Assembly: GCA_963733415.1 (NCBI GenBank) | Contig: CAVTDM010000020.1 | Location: forward strand, 17,852-81,851 | DNA: 64,000 nt | From: an uncultured Gammaproteobacteria bacterium | GTDB lineage: Bacteria; Pseudomonadota; Gammaproteobacteria; Chromatiales; Chromatiaceae | Direction: 5' to 3' | In this document: one piece after another, positions 1 to 11,663 of the stretch | How positions within the stretch are numbered: position 1 is the first letter of the stretch | Layout: each line of letters opens with the position of its first letter | Translations under genes and position numbers: made by a program | Notes under the pieces: generated by a model | The model's input: the letters and a program-made list of their open reading frames with translations, nothing else | Database searches by the model: none | What the model was told of the DNA's origin: nothing

Positions 1-604
1 GGCTGTAACCTCACGTTGATCGCTGTACCGAGATCCGGATGGGCAGGTCTTGCGGCCTGCCGGTTTGCCTACGGTACCGAGCATGGGTGCCGGCCAAACA
101 CCGCTCAAGGAATACTGCGTTTACTGCATGGATATTTCCTAGTGAAATACTAGGTATCTAGTCCGTGATCGGTATCCGCGCGCAGGGCGGCCCGATCGGT
201 CGCCTGAATATCGAGCGGTCTGGCGAGGCCGAGTGCCGCCCCGCGACGCTTCGCCCTGGCCACGGCTGGCGCCGGGCTACGGCTACGCCGGTCGGTCCCG
301 CCTCCCGCGGGTCTTGCCAGCAGGCGCCGGACGCCCTGCCAGCGCCCATGCCGTCCCTGGACGCAGGCGGCGGGCAGTCTCCTGCCCGCCCTGTCCACGG
401 GGGCGTCCGGCCGCCGGTCTTGAATCAGCGCCCGGCCCCTGCAGGTTTTGGGGACCACCCTCCTCTGACTGGCGGATAAGCCGTCGCGCTCGATTTATCG
501 GAGCGGTGGGACCTATGATTACCGGAGACGCTGATGGTTTGCTGGTCGGATGAGGATGTCCTCGCCCGCTCCAGTCCCTTAACCGCAACCGCGGGGTGGT
601 GCCG

Positions 605-793
605 ATGCTGGAAGATACGCGCGTTGACTGCCCTTACTGCGGTGAGAACTTCGCGACCCTGGTGGACTGCTCCGCGGGCAGTCAGCGCTACATTGAGGAC
701 TGCCCCGTTTGCTGCCAGCCCATCGAATTTCAGGCGGAGGTGGATGACGACGGCCACCTGATCACTTTGCTGGCCCACCGCGACAACGACTGA
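605..793 (+). CDS. CPXCG motif-containing cysteine-rich small protein
   Basis: MLEDTRVDCPYCGE...YIEDCPVCCQPI: two CxxC pairs in the CPXCG family pattern; ATG at 605 chosen over GTG 596. Confidence 0.85.
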   Translation: MLEDTRVDCPYCGENFATLVDCSAGSQRYIEDCPVCCQPIEFQAEVDDDGHLITLLAHRDND

Positions 794-883
794 CCATGCG
801 TGGAGTGCCCATGTCCTATCCCCAGTCCGCGTCCTGGCCAGCAATCGGCGCTGGCGGTGGATCGGTGGTTGGAGGCCAGGGCG

Positions 884-1078
884 ATGTCCGAGTTTGAGCT
901 TTTTCCGCATCAGGAGCGCCTTCGTCACGCGCTGCAATGGCTCTGCGAGACGCAGAAATTCAGCCTGAAGGGGGTGGAAGAGGCCGCTCAGCGCTTTGAC
1001 CTCTCGCCACTGGACGAAGAGTTCCTGTTAACTCAATTTGTCGCGCCGCGCGTTGAGCTGTCCCGCGGGCCGGACTAA
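884..1078 (+). CDS. small hypothetical protein (64 aa)
   Basis: GGAGG RBS at 871-875 before ATG 884; protein-like helical sequence ERLRHALQWL...EAAQRFDLSPLDEEFLL. Confidence 0.7.
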   Translation: MSEFELFPHQERLRHALQWLCETQKFSLKGVEEAAQRFDLSPLDEEFLLTQFVAPRVELSRGPD

Positions 1079-1090
1079 TGCGCGGTGCCA

Positions 1091-1257
1091 TCTAGAAGAA
1101 GCAGTCAGCGGTCAGCCGTCAGCAATTTCAGAACACCGACTTGCGCCCAGTCTTTTGGCGGCGGGCGCTCACCCCGGAGGTGATCCGTCAGGCGACGATA
1201 TCTCCATGAAACTCAGAGCTGAACGCTGACGGCTGAGCGCTGACTGCGCTTTTCAGG
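1091..1257 (+). mobile_element. MITE family A, copy 1
   Basis: about 30 bp imperfect terminal inverted repeats (TCTAGAAGAAGCAGTCAGC...GCTGACTGCGCTTTTCAGG); core shared with the copies at 11194, 33629, 37929 and 60013. Confidence 0.85.
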
Positions 1258-1375
1258 GTGATTGTTGTTCCAAGCCGCGCCGTCTCTCGTCGTGTACTTG
1301 TTTAAGACAGAATCCAGGCGGTCGGAAAGGTTTAAGTTGTTGGCGTTGGCGAGAGTGACAAGGGTGAACAGGAGA

Positions 1376-1664
1376 TCACTGCAGCGCGTTCTCGAAGAGT
1401 TGGAAGACCTCCTGCGAGACGCGCTCGTTCATCTCCTCAGGCAGATCGAGCCAGTCGTACATAGCGTTCATGTGGTTCAGCAGTAACTGGACCTGTCGGA
1501 TCAGGTCTTCCGGATCGTCGAACTGCCACCCGACCAATCCAGGCCGCATCGCCGCCCGGTGACCGCGGCACAGGAGCCGCAGGATGTGGAAGAAGGTATC
1601 CCCCACCTTCTCGATCGTCCTTGGCCGGTGACAAATGGGCCAGCGGATACTTGGGTCTGGTCAT
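1376..1664 (-). CDS. hypothetical protein, apparent single frameshift
   Basis: ORF 1664 (MTRPKYPLAHLSPAK) joins ORF 1376..1606 (VGDTFFHILRLL...FENALQ) if one G near 1620 is removed. Confidence 0.5.
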
Positions 1665-1959
1665 GGTGTCAGTGGGTCGTCAGTCGCCCCACCCGCGGTA
1701 GGTCGCCCCGATAGTCCACGAAGTCTCGCAGGTGCGCCCCCAGCCTGGCAGCGACCTCCTCGGGGCTCGGGACAGCATGGGGATCGACCTGTCTGCCGTG
1801 GGCCAGGTCCGGCTCCACCATCTCGAGGGTGACATAGGCCAGCAGCCCCTCGGCGATCAGGTTCGCCGCCTCGCACTGCCACTGGGGCCGGAAGAGGCGG
1901 CCCGCCTCATCAGCGCGGCGGATCGGCGCAAGAAGCGCTACCCCTGACTGGAGGGCAAC

Positions 1960-1981
1960 AAAAAACCGGCCATAGCCGGTT
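1960..1981 (-). terminator. intrinsic terminator after tRNA-Pro
   Basis: minus strand ACCGGCTATGGCCGGTTTTTT: hairpin plus U-tract about 20 nt after the tRNA 3' end. Confidence 0.6.
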
Positions 1982-1999
1982 GATTGGTCTCGGGAAATT

Positions 2000-2076
2000 T
2001 GGTCGGGGTGACAGGATTCGAACCTGCGACTTCTGCCTCCCGAAGACAGCGCTCTACCAAGCTGAGCTACACCCCG
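2000..2076 (-). tRNA. tRNA-Pro (anticodon CGG)
   Basis: reverse complement CGGGGTGTAGCTCAGCTTGGTAGAGCGCTGTCTTCGGGAGGCAGAAGTCGCAGGTTCGAATCCTGTCACCCCGACCA: cloverleaf, GTTCGAA T-loop, CCA end. Confidence 0.97.
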
Positions 2077-2133
2077 AGGGAGAGGGGAAAGAACCTGAAT
2101 GTCTGGCCGGGATCGGGTTACCCGGTGGACCGT

Positions 2134-3102
2134 TCAGTAATCTCTACTGACTGAAAAATCGGCCATGGCGGCCAAGGCGCCCGTGGCGTCTGAGGGCGCC
2201 AATACGGCCAGCGCCGCTTTCGCTCGCCGCGCGTAATCCCGCGCAAGCTGCGAAGTATAGGCAATAGCGTCGGTGGACGCAATTGCGGCGATGACGTCGT
2301 CGATGCGCTCGCGCCCTCCGTGGGCGATGGCGTCCCGCAGCAAGGCGCGCTGATCCGGGCTGCCAACGGACATGGCGCGCAGGACCGGCAGGGTGGGTTT
2401 GCCCTCGTCTAAGTCATCGCCGACGTTCTTTCCCAGTTCCGCGTTACCGCTGCTGTAATCGAGTGCGTCGTCGATCAACTGGAAGGCGATCCCCAAGTTG
2501 CGGCCATAGTCCGCCATTGCGGTCTCAACGGCCTCCGGGCTCTTGGCGAGTACCGCACCCAGACGGGTTGCGGCCTCAAAGAGTGTGGCGGTCTTGCGGA
2601 TGATGACCTCCATGTAGCGCTGTTCGTCTGTATCCGGATCCTTGGTGTTCAGCAGCTGCAGGACCTCACCTTCCGCGATCCGATTGGTGGCATGGGCCAG
2701 GATCTCCATGACCCGCATGTTACCGACCTCGACCATCATCTCGAAGGCACGGGAATAGAGAAAGTCACCCACCAGAACCGTTGCTTCGTTGCCCCAGACC
2801 ACGTTGGCGGTCTCTTGGTTGCGACGCAGCTGCGAGCCGTCCACCACGTCGTCGTGGAGCAAGGTGGCGGTGTGGATAAACTCGATCACCGCCGCCAGGT
2901 TGACGTGGTCGGAGCCGTCGTACCCGCAGGCGCGCGCGGCCAGCAGGACGGAGAGGGGGCGCAGGCGTTTGCCGCCGCTGCGCACGATGTAGTGCCCAAC
3001 CTGATTGATCAGCGCCACGTCGGATTGCAGCCGCCGCACAATAAGTGCGTCGACGGCGTTGGTGTCTTCGGCGACGGGGAGCCGGATCAGAGAAAGGTCC
3101 AT
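2134..3102 (-). CDS. ispB: octaprenyl diphosphate synthase
   Basis: GGKRLRP, LHDDVVD and FQLIDDALD prenyltransferase motifs; divergent from rplU. Confidence 0.95.
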   Translation of the reverse strand: MDLSLIRLPVAEDTNAVDALIVRRLQSDVALINQVGHYIVRSGGKRLRPLSVLLAARACGYDGSDHVNLAAVIEFIHTATLLHDDVVDGSQLRRNQETANVVWGNEATVLVGDFLYSRAFEMMVEVGNMRVMEILAHATNRIAEGEVLQLLNTKDPDTDEQRYMEVIIRKTATLFEAATRLGAVLAKSPEAVETAMADYGRNLGIAFQLIDDALDYSSGNAELGKNVGDDLDEGKPTLPVLRAMSVGSPDQRALLRDAIAHGGRERIDDVIAAIASTDAIAYTSQLARDYARRAKAALAVLAPSDATGALAAMADFSVSRDY

Positions 3103-3217
3103 GCGGTTCGTAGGGTAACGTCAGATTGTGGCCGGGGATGCTAGGTGCGGGTCATAGGGCTGTCAAGCTGGGCCGGACTGAACCGCACGACGCAACCGGT
3201 CTGCGGGCCATTTTTGG

Positions 3218-3246
3218 TTGACGCCCAGCCCCCGCGCGGTTATGGT
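3218..3246 (+). promoter_or_regulatory. putative sigma-70 promoter of rplU-rpmA
   Basis: TTGACG-N17-TATGGT, 75 bp upstream of the rplU start. Confidence 0.55.
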
Positions 3247-3321
3247 ACTGGGTCTTTCATCCGGCGCGGACATCCGGCGCGGAGCGTCGGTAGTCGAATC
3301 AGCCTTGGGGAACGTGAAGCT

Positions 3322-3636
3322 ATGTACGCGGTGATTCTTACCGGTGGTAAACAGTACCGGGTCTCCGAGGGTGACACCCTCAAGGTCGAAAAGCTCGTGG
3401 CCGAGGCCGGCGCCGACATCGAACTCGATAAGGTGCTGATGGTTGCCGATGGCGACGCCGTGACCGTCGGCACGCCCTACATCGCGGGCGGCAAGGTGAC
3501 CGCCACGGTCAAGGCCCATGGGCGCGCGAAGAAGGTGCACATCATCAAGTTCCGTCGGCGCAAGCATCACCTGAAGCGCCAGGGCCACCGTCAGTGGTTC
3601 ACGGAGCTCCAGATTACCGGGATCAGCGCGGGCTGA
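3322..3636 (+). CDS. rplU: 50S ribosomal protein L21
   Basis: [18 protein letters not shown]...[10 protein letters not shown]. Confidence 0.98.
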   Translation: MYAVILTGGKQYRVSEGDTLKVEKLVAEAGADIELDKVLMVADGDAVTVGTPYIAGGKVTATVKAHGRAKKVHIIKFRRRKHHLKRQGHRQWFTELQITGISAG

Positions 3637-3649
3637 TCAGGAGACATCC

Positions 3650-3907
3650 ATGGCACACAAAAAAGCAGGCGGCAGTTCTCGCAACGGTCGCGATTCGGAG
3701 TCGAAGCGGCTCGGGGTCAAAGTCTTCGGCGGCCAAAAGGTCACGGCGGGCAGCATCATTATCCGGCAGCGCGGCACCCCGGTTCACAACGGGGTAAACG
3801 TCGGGCTGGGCAAGGACCACACCCTGTTCGCCCTGGCGGACGGAGTGGTGCGGTTCGTGGTCAAGGGCCCGAAGAACCGGAAGTTCGTCACCGTCGAGAC
3901 CGTCTGA
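3650..3907 (+). CDS. rpmA: 50S ribosomal protein L27
   Basis: [24 protein letters not shown]. Confidence 0.98.
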   Translation: MAHKKAGGSSRNGRDSESKRLGVKVFGGQKVTAGSIIIRQRGTPVHNGVNVGLGKDHTLFALADGVVRFVVKGPKNRKFVTVETV

Positions 3908-5104
<1,197 letters not shown>

Positions 5105-5105
5105 T

Positions 5106-5145
5106 CCAGGAAAGTCCAGTCAGCCCTCAGCGTTCAGCCATCAGC
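5106..5145. repeat. solo terminal fragment of MITE family A
   Basis: CCAGGAAAGTCCAGTCAGCCCTCAGCGTTCAGCCATCAGC resembles the MITE end with its TCAGC heptamer ladder. Confidence 0.55.
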
Positions 5146-5162
5146 ACCCGAGGATTCTTGCC

Positions 5163-6287
5163 TTGATCTCCCGCGATACCCTCCCCGCGACCCGTCGTTG
5201 GGTCGTCAAGATCGGCAGTGCCCTCCTGACCCGGGACGGTCAGGGACTGGAACGGGGCATGCTGATGCCCTGGGTGGAACAGATCGCGGCGCGGCGGGCG
5301 GCCGGTCACGATGTGGTGCTGGTCTCCTCTGGCGCGGTGGCCGAGGGCATGGCTCGGATGGGTTGGCGGCAGCGCCCCAAGGCCCTCCATGAACTCCAGG
5401 CCGCCGCCGCCGTCGGGCAGATGGGGTTGGTGCGGGCCTATGAGGCCTGCTTTGAGACCTTCGGCCTGCACACCGCCCAGGTGTTGCTGACCCGGGATGA
5501 CCTGGCCCATCGTGCCCGATATCTCAATGCCCGCGTGACCCTGCGTACCCTCCTGGGGCTCGGGGTGATCCCGGTGATCAACGAGAACGACACCGTTGCG
5601 ACGGACGAGTTGCGCTTCGGTGACAACGACACATTGGCCGCCCTGGTGGCCAACCTGATCGAGGCCGACCTCCTGATCCTGCTCACCGATCAGGACGGGC
5701 TCTTCGATCGCGACCCGCGCCGCGACCCGGGTGCCCGACTGATCGGCGAGACTCAGGTGGATGACCCGCAATTGGACCTGGTGGCGGGTGGGAGCGTGAC
5801 CGGTTTGGGGACCGGCGGCATGGTGACCAAGGTGCGGGCGGCGCGGCTGGCGGCGCGCTCCGGGGCGGCGACGGTTATCGCCCCTGGCCGAGGTGAGAAG
5901 GTGCTGACGCGGATTGGCAGGGGCGAGGCGGTGGGCACCCTGCTGGTCCCGGCCCAGGGGCCCCAAGCGGCGCGCAAACAATGGCTGGCCGGCCACCTCC
6001 AGGTGCGCGGACGGCTTACCCTGGACGAGGGCGCGGTACGGGCTTTAAGAGAGAAGGGCACCAGCCTGTTGGCGGTGGGGGTCAAGGGGGTCCATGGGAC
6101 CTTCAACCGCGGTGAGGTGGTGGCCTGTGTGGATGAGGCGGGGCGTGAGGTCGCCCGTGGACTGGTCAACTATGACGTCCAGGAGACCCTGCGTATCCGT
6201 GGCGAGCCCACCAGCCGGATTGAGATCATCCTGGGTTATGCGGATGGGCCGGAGTTGATCCACCGGGACAATCTGGTGGTGCTTTAG
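5163..6287 (+). CDS. proB: glutamate 5-kinase
   Basis: [32 protein letters not shown] and a C-terminal PUA domain; TTG start chosen from GAGGA RBS at 5150. Confidence 0.95.
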   Translation: MISRDTLPATRRWVVKIGSALLTRDGQGLERGMLMPWVEQIAARRAAGHDVVLVSSGAVAEGMARMGWRQRPKALHELQAAAAVGQMGLVRAYEACFETFGLHTAQVLLTRDDLAHRARYLNARVTLRTLLGLGVIPVINENDTVATDELRFGDNDTLAALVANLIEADLLILLTDQDGLFDRDPRRDPGARLIGETQVDDPQLDLVAGGSVTGLGTGGMVTKVRAARLAARSGAATVIAPGRGEKVLTRIGRGEAVGTLLVPAQGPQAARKQWLAGHLQVRGRLTLDEGAVRALREKGTSLLAVGVKGVHGTFNRGEVVACVDEAGREVARGLVNYDVQETLRIRGEPTSRIEIILGYADGPELIHRDNLVVL

Positions 6288-6329
6288 GCAGTCGTCAGTG
6301 GCTGGTGACCAGTGATCAGCAGATACTGA

Positions 6330-6372
<43 letters not shown>

Positions 6373-7101
6373 TTACTTGCTGTCGCGAGTCTCAAATAGC
6401 CGATACACTCCACCAGCAATCACGGCGCCGAGGATCGGGGCGACCCAGAAGAGCCAAAGCTGTTTCATGGCCAAGCCCTCTCCATTCAGGAACAGGACCA
6501 GGGCCGGGCCGGTGCTGCGGGCTGGGTTCACTGAGGTGTTGGTCACCGGAATGGAGATCAGGTGGATCAGGGTCAGGGCCAATCCGATTGCAAGCCCGGC
6601 GTGACTGCCGATGCCCCGCTTGTCGGTGGCGCCGAGGATGATGAACAGGAACATGGCGGTCATGACCACTTCCATAATCAGGCCGGTGGTCATGCCGTAC
6701 TTACCGGGGGACAGCTCACCAAAGCCGTTGACCGCCAGGCTATTGGCCGCGAGGACGAACGTCGGGTTGCCTTTCAGGATCAGGAGAAGCAGGAACGCGG
6801 CCAGGATGGCGCCGACGGTCTGGAAGATGATGTACATCGGGGCTTCGCTGCCCGGGAAGCGACCGCCTGCCACCAGGCCGACCGTCACCGCGGGGTTCAG
6901 ATGACAGCCGGAGATGTGGCCGATGGCGTAGGCCATGGTGACGACGGTGAGGCCGAAGGCCAAGGCGACGCCGAGTAGACCAATTCCGATATCGTTGGTG
7001 CCGGCCATGAAGACCGCCGCCAGCGCGGCACTGCCGCAACCGCCGAGGACCAGCCAGAAGGTGCCGATCAACTCGGCCATGGAACGGGACATCAGGGACA
7101 T
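6373..7101 (-). CDS. aqpZ: aquaporin Z
   Basis: [27 protein letters not shown] and NTSVNPARS (two NPA motifs). Confidence 0.95.
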   Translation of the reverse strand: MSLMSRSMAELIGTFWLVLGGCGSAALAAVFMAGTNDIGIGLLGVALAFGLTVVTMAYAIGHISGCHLNPAVTVGLVAGGRFPGSEAPMYIIFQTVGAILAAFLLLLILKGNPTFVLAANSLAVNGFGELSPGKYGMTTGLIMEVVMTAMFLFIILGATDKRGIGSHAGLAIGLALTLIHLISIPVTNTSVNPARSTGPALVLFLNGEGLAMKQLWLFWVAPILGAVIAGGVYRLFETRDSK

Positions 7102-7359
7102 AGGGACTACCTCATCGTCATTTCTGTAATTGGATTGCTTATAAACGGGCGCCACTTCGACTTTGCTTATTGGCGAATCCTGGAGTGTTGGCGAACGCTA
7201 TCTGATTGATCAGGATTCCAGTGCCAACCGCGGCATTGTAACTGCAATCCAGATAACCAACAAAAACGGTTTGCGGAGTCCGTCAACTGCCTGTGTGTCC
7301 CACTATCGCAGCCCCCAAGGGGTGCCTCCCGGCGCCCCAACGGTTCCAGATGGGCCCGT

Positions 7360-7806
7360 CTACTGAATCCTCCAGGCATCTTTCTCCTTGAACATGACGA
7401 TCTCCCCGCGCTTGAACTCCGGGCTAGCGTCACCCAACGCGGCCTCTACCAGGACGCTACAGAGATAAAGGTCGGTGTTTTCTTCCATGGGTTTACACTC
7501 TACGAAGTCCAACTTGACTAACCGGATCTGGAGTGCGGCGGCTGCCGCCGGGTCCAGGTGCCGGGTCGAGCCGGCGTTGAGGCGGGCGACCAGGTCCCGG
7601 TAGGCGACGCGAATGTCGGTCTCGGTCGGGCCCTGGTAGTCGGCCTTCGTTTTTGCCTTACTTTGCGCGATGGATGGGCCAGGAGTGGTAGCTGGCGTCT
7701 GCGCTGCCTGCGCTGGGAGAATGGATGGCGACGGTGCCGATGGGTCGGTCGCCCGGGTCGTGGCGGCGGCGATGAGCAGGGCAGTCATCAGGGTGGTTCT
7801 GCGCAT
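7360..7806 (-). CDS. hypothetical exported protein
   Basis: signal-peptide-like N-terminus, Pro/Ala/Thr linker, small C-terminal domain with two Cys. Confidence 0.6.
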   Translation of the reverse strand: MRRTTLMTALLIAAATTRATDPSAPSPSILPAQAAQTPATTPGPSIAQSKAKTKADYQGPTETDIRVAYRDLVARLNAGSTRHLDPAAAAALQIRLVKLDFVECKPMEENTDLYLCSVLVEAALGDASPEFKRGEIVMFKEKDAWRIQ

Positions 7807-7999
7807 GGGCTGAGTACCGGATAGCGGGAATCAGGGAGTCGGGTCGACCTTGCGGGCAGCGAGGCGGGACGATAGCACAGTCGCTCCGCCATCCATGCGC
7901 GGCGTGATCGGTTGCGTCTCTGACCCAAAGCCCGTAGCCTTTCCCGCCGACCAGCAGGCATCAGACCTGCCCCCCATTTTCCAACTGGAGGCCCCCCGC

Positions 8000-8665
8000 G
8001 TGGACACGAGCAGCGCGATCGCCCGTTTCAACATGATTCAGCAGCAGGTCCGCCCCTGGGAGGTCTTGGACGAGCGGGTGCTGGAGGTCATGGGCGAAGT
8101 CCGGCGTGAGGCCTTCGTCCCGGATGCCTACCAGGGACTGGCCTATGCGGACATCGAGGTGCCGCTCGCGGATGGCCGGGTGATGCTGGCGCCGAAGGTG
8201 GCGGGGCGCCTCTTGCAGGCCCTCGACCTGCGTCCCGGCGAGCGGGTGTTGGAGGTCGGCACCGGCAGCGGCTACCTCACCGCCTGCCTCAGCCGGCTGG
8301 GGGGGCAGGTGATCAGCCTGGAGTTGGACCCCGGATTGGCCGCAGCCGCTCAGGAGCGGCTCGCTGGCTTGGGGCTCGGCGGGATCGAGATCCGGGTGGC
8401 CGACGGCCTGGCCGGCCAGACTGCTGGGGGTCCCTTCGCCGCGATCGCCGTGACCGGGTCGGTATCGAGGGTCGACGACCTGAAGGTGCTGGAGGGTCGA
8501 CTGGCGCCAGGGGGCCGGCTCTTCTGCGTCGTGGGTGAGCCGCCGATTATGCAGGCCTGGCTGATGACCCGCACGCCGACCGGTGGACTGCGGCGGGAAG
8601 CCCTCTTTGAGACCTCAGTCCCGGCCCTGGCCAACTGTCCCGCGCCCCAGTCATTCGTGTTTTGA
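8000..8665 (+). CDS. pcm: protein-L-isoaspartate O-methyltransferase family protein
   Basis: ARFNMIQQQVRPWEV, AYAD, VLEVGTGSGY; GTG start after GGAGG. Confidence 0.88.
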   Translation: MDTSSAIARFNMIQQQVRPWEVLDERVLEVMGEVRREAFVPDAYQGLAYADIEVPLADGRVMLAPKVAGRLLQALDLRPGERVLEVGTGSGYLTACLSRLGGQVISLELDPGLAAAAQERLAGLGLGGIEIRVADGLAGQTAGGPFAAIAVTGSVSRVDDLKVLEGRLAPGGRLFCVVGEPPIMQAWLMTRTPTGGLRREALFETSVPALANCPAPQSFVF

Positions 8666-8692
8666 GCCTGCGGGCCCCCGACGTCCAACCCG

Positions 8693-9028
8693 ATGCGTAA
8701 CCTGAGTCCTTCCGAGGTCGCCGCCCTGCTGCTTGCCGTCGACGGGGCTGACGGCGGGGCCGCACCCCTGCTGCTGGACGTGCGGGAGCCCTGGGAGTTT
8801 GGCATCTGCCAGATTCCGGGGTCCCGCTCCCTGCCCATGCACCAGGTGCCTGGCAATCTGTCGCAACTCGATCGGTCGCGCCCCCTGATCATCATCTGCC
8901 ACCATGGTATCCGTAGCCTCCAGGTGGCGCGCTTTCTGGAGCAGCAGGGGTTCGACCAGGTCATCAACCTGCAGGGCGGGGTCGCCGCATGGGCCAGGGA
9001 ACTGGACCCTGCGATGCCCACCTACTGA
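8693..9028 (+). CDS. rhodanese-like domain protein
   Basis: LLDVREPWE, CHHGIRS active loop, NLQGGVAAW. Confidence 0.9.
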   Translation: MRNLSPSEVAALLLAVDGADGGAAPLLLDVREPWEFGICQIPGSRSLPMHQVPGNLSQLDRSRPLIIICHHGIRSLQVARFLEQQGFDQVINLQGGVAAWARELDPAMPTY

Positions 9029-9207
9029 CGCGCTGCGCCACCAGCGCCAGCTGCATTCTTGCTTCACCCCACAGAAACGGGGCACACTCCGCACGCCCCC
9101 CGGCTCGCCGGCCAGGCTTGCGTTGGCCGGTATTCGCGACCTGGGGCCCCGAAAATAACCATCGCTGGCCTGGCCAGCCGCTCTCATAACAAGTCGGAGG
9201 ACACCCT

Positions 9208-9792
9208 GTGAGTATTCACCAAGCCCAGATGCCCCTGTGTCAACGGGACTATTCCCAGTTACTCATCATCGACGCCCAGGAGCGGCTTGCCGCAGCCATG
9301 CCGATGGACGAGTTGGAACTGGTGGTCGAGAACATCAACCGACTGGTTACCGCCGCCAAGGTCTTCGGCATCCCGGTCATCGTCACTCAGCATAATTCCA
9401 AGGGACTGGGGCCAATTATTGAGTCGATCCAGCAAGGCCTGCCCGGGGACACCCAGCCCACCGAGAAAACGGCCTATTCCTGCTGCACGGCGGCCGGTTT
9501 TGAACGTGCGATCTCGGCCCACCCGGAGCGCCGCCAGTTGATCGTGGTCGGGATGGAGGCCCACATCTGCATCTCCCAGACCGTCTCCGGGCTCCAGCGC
9601 TGGGGCTATCAGGTATTCGTCCCGGCCGACGCGATCATCTCCCGGCGTCCGGTCTGTAAGACCAATGTGCTCGACCGTATGCGCCACAGCGGCATCCATG
9701 TGGTGTGCTCGGAATCGGTCGCCTTTGAGTGGATTGGCGACTCGGCCCTGGAGGGTTTTCGTGAGGTCTGGTCCCTATTCAGAAATCAATAG
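9208..9792 (+). CDS. isochorismatase-family hydrolase
   Basis: LLIIDAQERL, KTAYSC, GMEAHICISQT. Confidence 0.88.
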   Translation: MSIHQAQMPLCQRDYSQLLIIDAQERLAAAMPMDELELVVENINRLVTAAKVFGIPVIVTQHNSKGLGPIIESIQQGLPGDTQPTEKTAYSCCTAAGFERAISAHPERRQLIVVGMEAHICISQTVSGLQRWGYQVFVPADAIISRRPVCKTNVLDRMRHSGIHVVCSESVAFEWIGDSALEGFREVWSLFRNQ

Positions 9793-9802
9793 GACAGGCT
9801 GG

Positions 9803-9847
9803 TCGGGGCGTCCCGCCCCGATACCTTCGCCTCCCGGGCCGGGAGGC
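9803..9847. terminator. twin GC-rich hairpins between convergent genes
   Basis: TCGGGGCG-TCC-CGCCCCGA and GCCTCCCGG-G-CCGGGAGGC; no U-tract. Confidence 0.35.
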
Positions 9848-9881
9848 CCCCGCTATGTGCAGGACCGGCTCCGGAGATTAC

Positions 9882-11183
9882 CTACTTGTCCTGCCCTTCG
9901 GGCTGACGGCCAGCGGCGCCGACGAGTCGCACCTCGATCAGATCGATTACGCGCTGCAAGGCGCCGCGGTTTTCTTCGACGACCTGCCGGCCATGCTCGC
10001 CGATCCGTGCCCGCAGTGCGGCGTCTGTCAACCAGTCCGCCATGAGGTTTCCCAACGCCTCGGCGTTCGCTACTTGCCTGGCCGCCCCGGCCTCGATCAG
10101 CAATTCCGTGATCGCCGCGAAATTATAACTATGGGGGCCGGTGGCTACCGGCACCCCCACGGCGGCGGCTTCCAATAGGTTGTGGCCGCCGGTGGGCACC
10201 AGACTGCCGCCGATAAAGGCGGCATCGGCGGCGGCCAGAAACACCGGTAATTCGCCCATGCTGTCACCCAGAAAGACGGCGGTATCCACGGTGCAAGGGG
10301 CCCGGCTGCTGCGTCGTACCATTCCAAAGCCGGCTCGTTTGACCAGCCCGGCGACCCGCTCGAAACGCTCCGGATGGCGCGGTACCAGCACCAGCAGGGC
10401 GGTCGGGACCCGGGTGCGCAGTCGCTGGTGGGCCGCCAGCATCTGCTCATCCTCGCCCTCGTGGGTGCTGGCGGCGACCCATACTGGGCGGTTCCCACCC
10501 CAGGTCCGGCGCATCGCCTCGGCCTGGTCCTGGAGGCTGGCGGGCAGGCGCAGGTCGAACTTGATGCTGCCGGTGACCTGCACCCGCTGCGGGATGGCGC
10601 CCAGATCCAGAAAGCGTTGGGCGTCGGTCTTCGCCTGGGCGGCGATTAGATCGAAACGACGCAGGGTCTCGCGGGTCAGCCCGGCCAGGCGGCCGTAGCC
10701 CTTCGCTGAGCGGGCAGAGAGCCGGGCGTTGATCAGCATGACGGGAATCGCCCGCGCGGCGCACTGGGCCAGGGCGTTGGGCCAGATCTCGGTTTCCATG
10801 ACCAGCACCAACCGGGGCTGGACCCGGTCCAGGAAGCGGCCGACCACCTCGGGCAGGTCATAGGGGGCGTAGCGATGGGTCAGGGAGTCGCCGAAGTGTT
10901 CGACCACCCGGGCGGCGCCTGTGGGCGTGGTGGTGGTCACCAGCACCCGCAGCGGTGGGTCCCGAGTCAGCATGTGACGGATCAGGGGCGCGGCGGCCTG
11001 GACCTCACCCACCGAGACTGCATGGACCCAGACCTCCGCGGGCGCCGCCCGGGGGGTATCTTGGACCAGGCGCTCGGCGATGCGTCGACGGTACGCGGGG
11101 GCCTGGAGGCTGCGCCAATAGAGCCGCAGCAGCACCAGCGGCAACAGCAAGCGCAGCAGCAGGGTGTAGGTCGTGCGGGTCAT
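9882..11183 (-). CDS. waaA: 3-deoxy-D-manno-octulosonic acid transferase
   Basis: WVHAVSVGE, ETEIWPN, GSIKFD, ASTHEGE, VPRHPERF, GGHNLLE. Confidence 0.96.
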   Translation of the reverse strand: MTRTTYTLLLRLLLPLVLLRLYWRSLQAPAYRRRIAERLVQDTPRAAPAEVWVHAVSVGEVQAAAPLIRHMLTRDPPLRVLVTTTTPTGAARVVEHFGDSLTHRYAPYDLPEVVGRFLDRVQPRLVLVMETEIWPNALAQCAARAIPVMLINARLSARSAKGYGRLAGLTRETLRRFDLIAAQAKTDAQRFLDLGAIPQRVQVTGSIKFDLRLPASLQDQAEAMRRTWGGNRPVWVAASTHEGEDEQMLAAHQRLRTRVPTALLVLVPRHPERFERVAGLVKRAGFGMVRRSSRAPCTVDTAVFLGDSMGELPVFLAAADAAFIGGSLVPTGGHNLLEAAAVGVPVATGPHSYNFAAITELLIEAGAARQVANAEALGNLMADWLTDAALRARIGEHGRQVVEENRGALQRVIDLIEVRLVGAAGRQPEGQDK

Positions 11184-11193
11184 TGCGGATTAG

Positions 11194-11364
11194 CAAAAGA
11201 GCACTCAGCGATCAGCCGTCAGCGTTCAGCTTCGAGTTTCATGGGGATATCGTCGGCTGACGGATCACCCCCGGGGTGAGCGCCCGTCGCCAAAAAACTG
11301 TGCGCAAGTCGGTGTTCTGAAATAGCTGAGGGCTGATGGCTGACCGCTGACTGCTCCTTCTAGG
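11194..11364 (-). mobile_element. MITE family A, copy 2
   Basis: reverse-orientation copy; flanked by direct repeat ATTAG (11189-11193 and 11365-11369). Confidence 0.88.
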
Positions 11365-11540
11365 ATTAGCGGTTAGCCGCCCGTTCCCAGCAATCGGCTA
11401 TCAGCTATCAGCGAACAGTCTGGAAGTCAGCGGCGCGCTGCTTAGGGAGCAGTTTGCCGATGGCGCGAAGGGACGAGGATACGAGCAGGCTGGTTGTTGT
11501 CATCAATATGACGGGGTCTGGCCGCTTCAGCCAGCGTCAA

Positions 11541-11571
11541 GATGGGCATCGCTCCGCTCTGCCCATCCTAC
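11541..11571 (-). repeat. REP element (GTAGGATGGGCA family)
   Basis: reverse complement GTAGGATGGGCAGAGCGGAGCGATGCCCATC; same family at 26815, 26875 and 41000. Confidence 0.8.
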
Positions 11572-11663
11572 GCACGTCGCTTGCCCCATCGCTTTGAATT
11601 GCTTTCGGGGCCGGGGCGTTGTTTGACAATGCTGACGGCTGACCATCCCTGGCCCCGGGGTCA

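Noticed and set aside
1-590. Overlapping ORFs at the window start
   Set aside because: Pro/Arg/Gly-rich translations in all frames with no motif or RBS support.
1038-1229. Recurrent peptide ...GAHPGGDPSGDDISMKLRAER (also at 37931 and the tail of 33650)
   Set aside because: It is simply a translation of the MITE; the frame is not kept across copies and there is no consistent start or RBS.
2000-2076. Integrative element at tRNA-Pro
   Set aside because: No integrase and no duplicated tRNA 3' end within the window.
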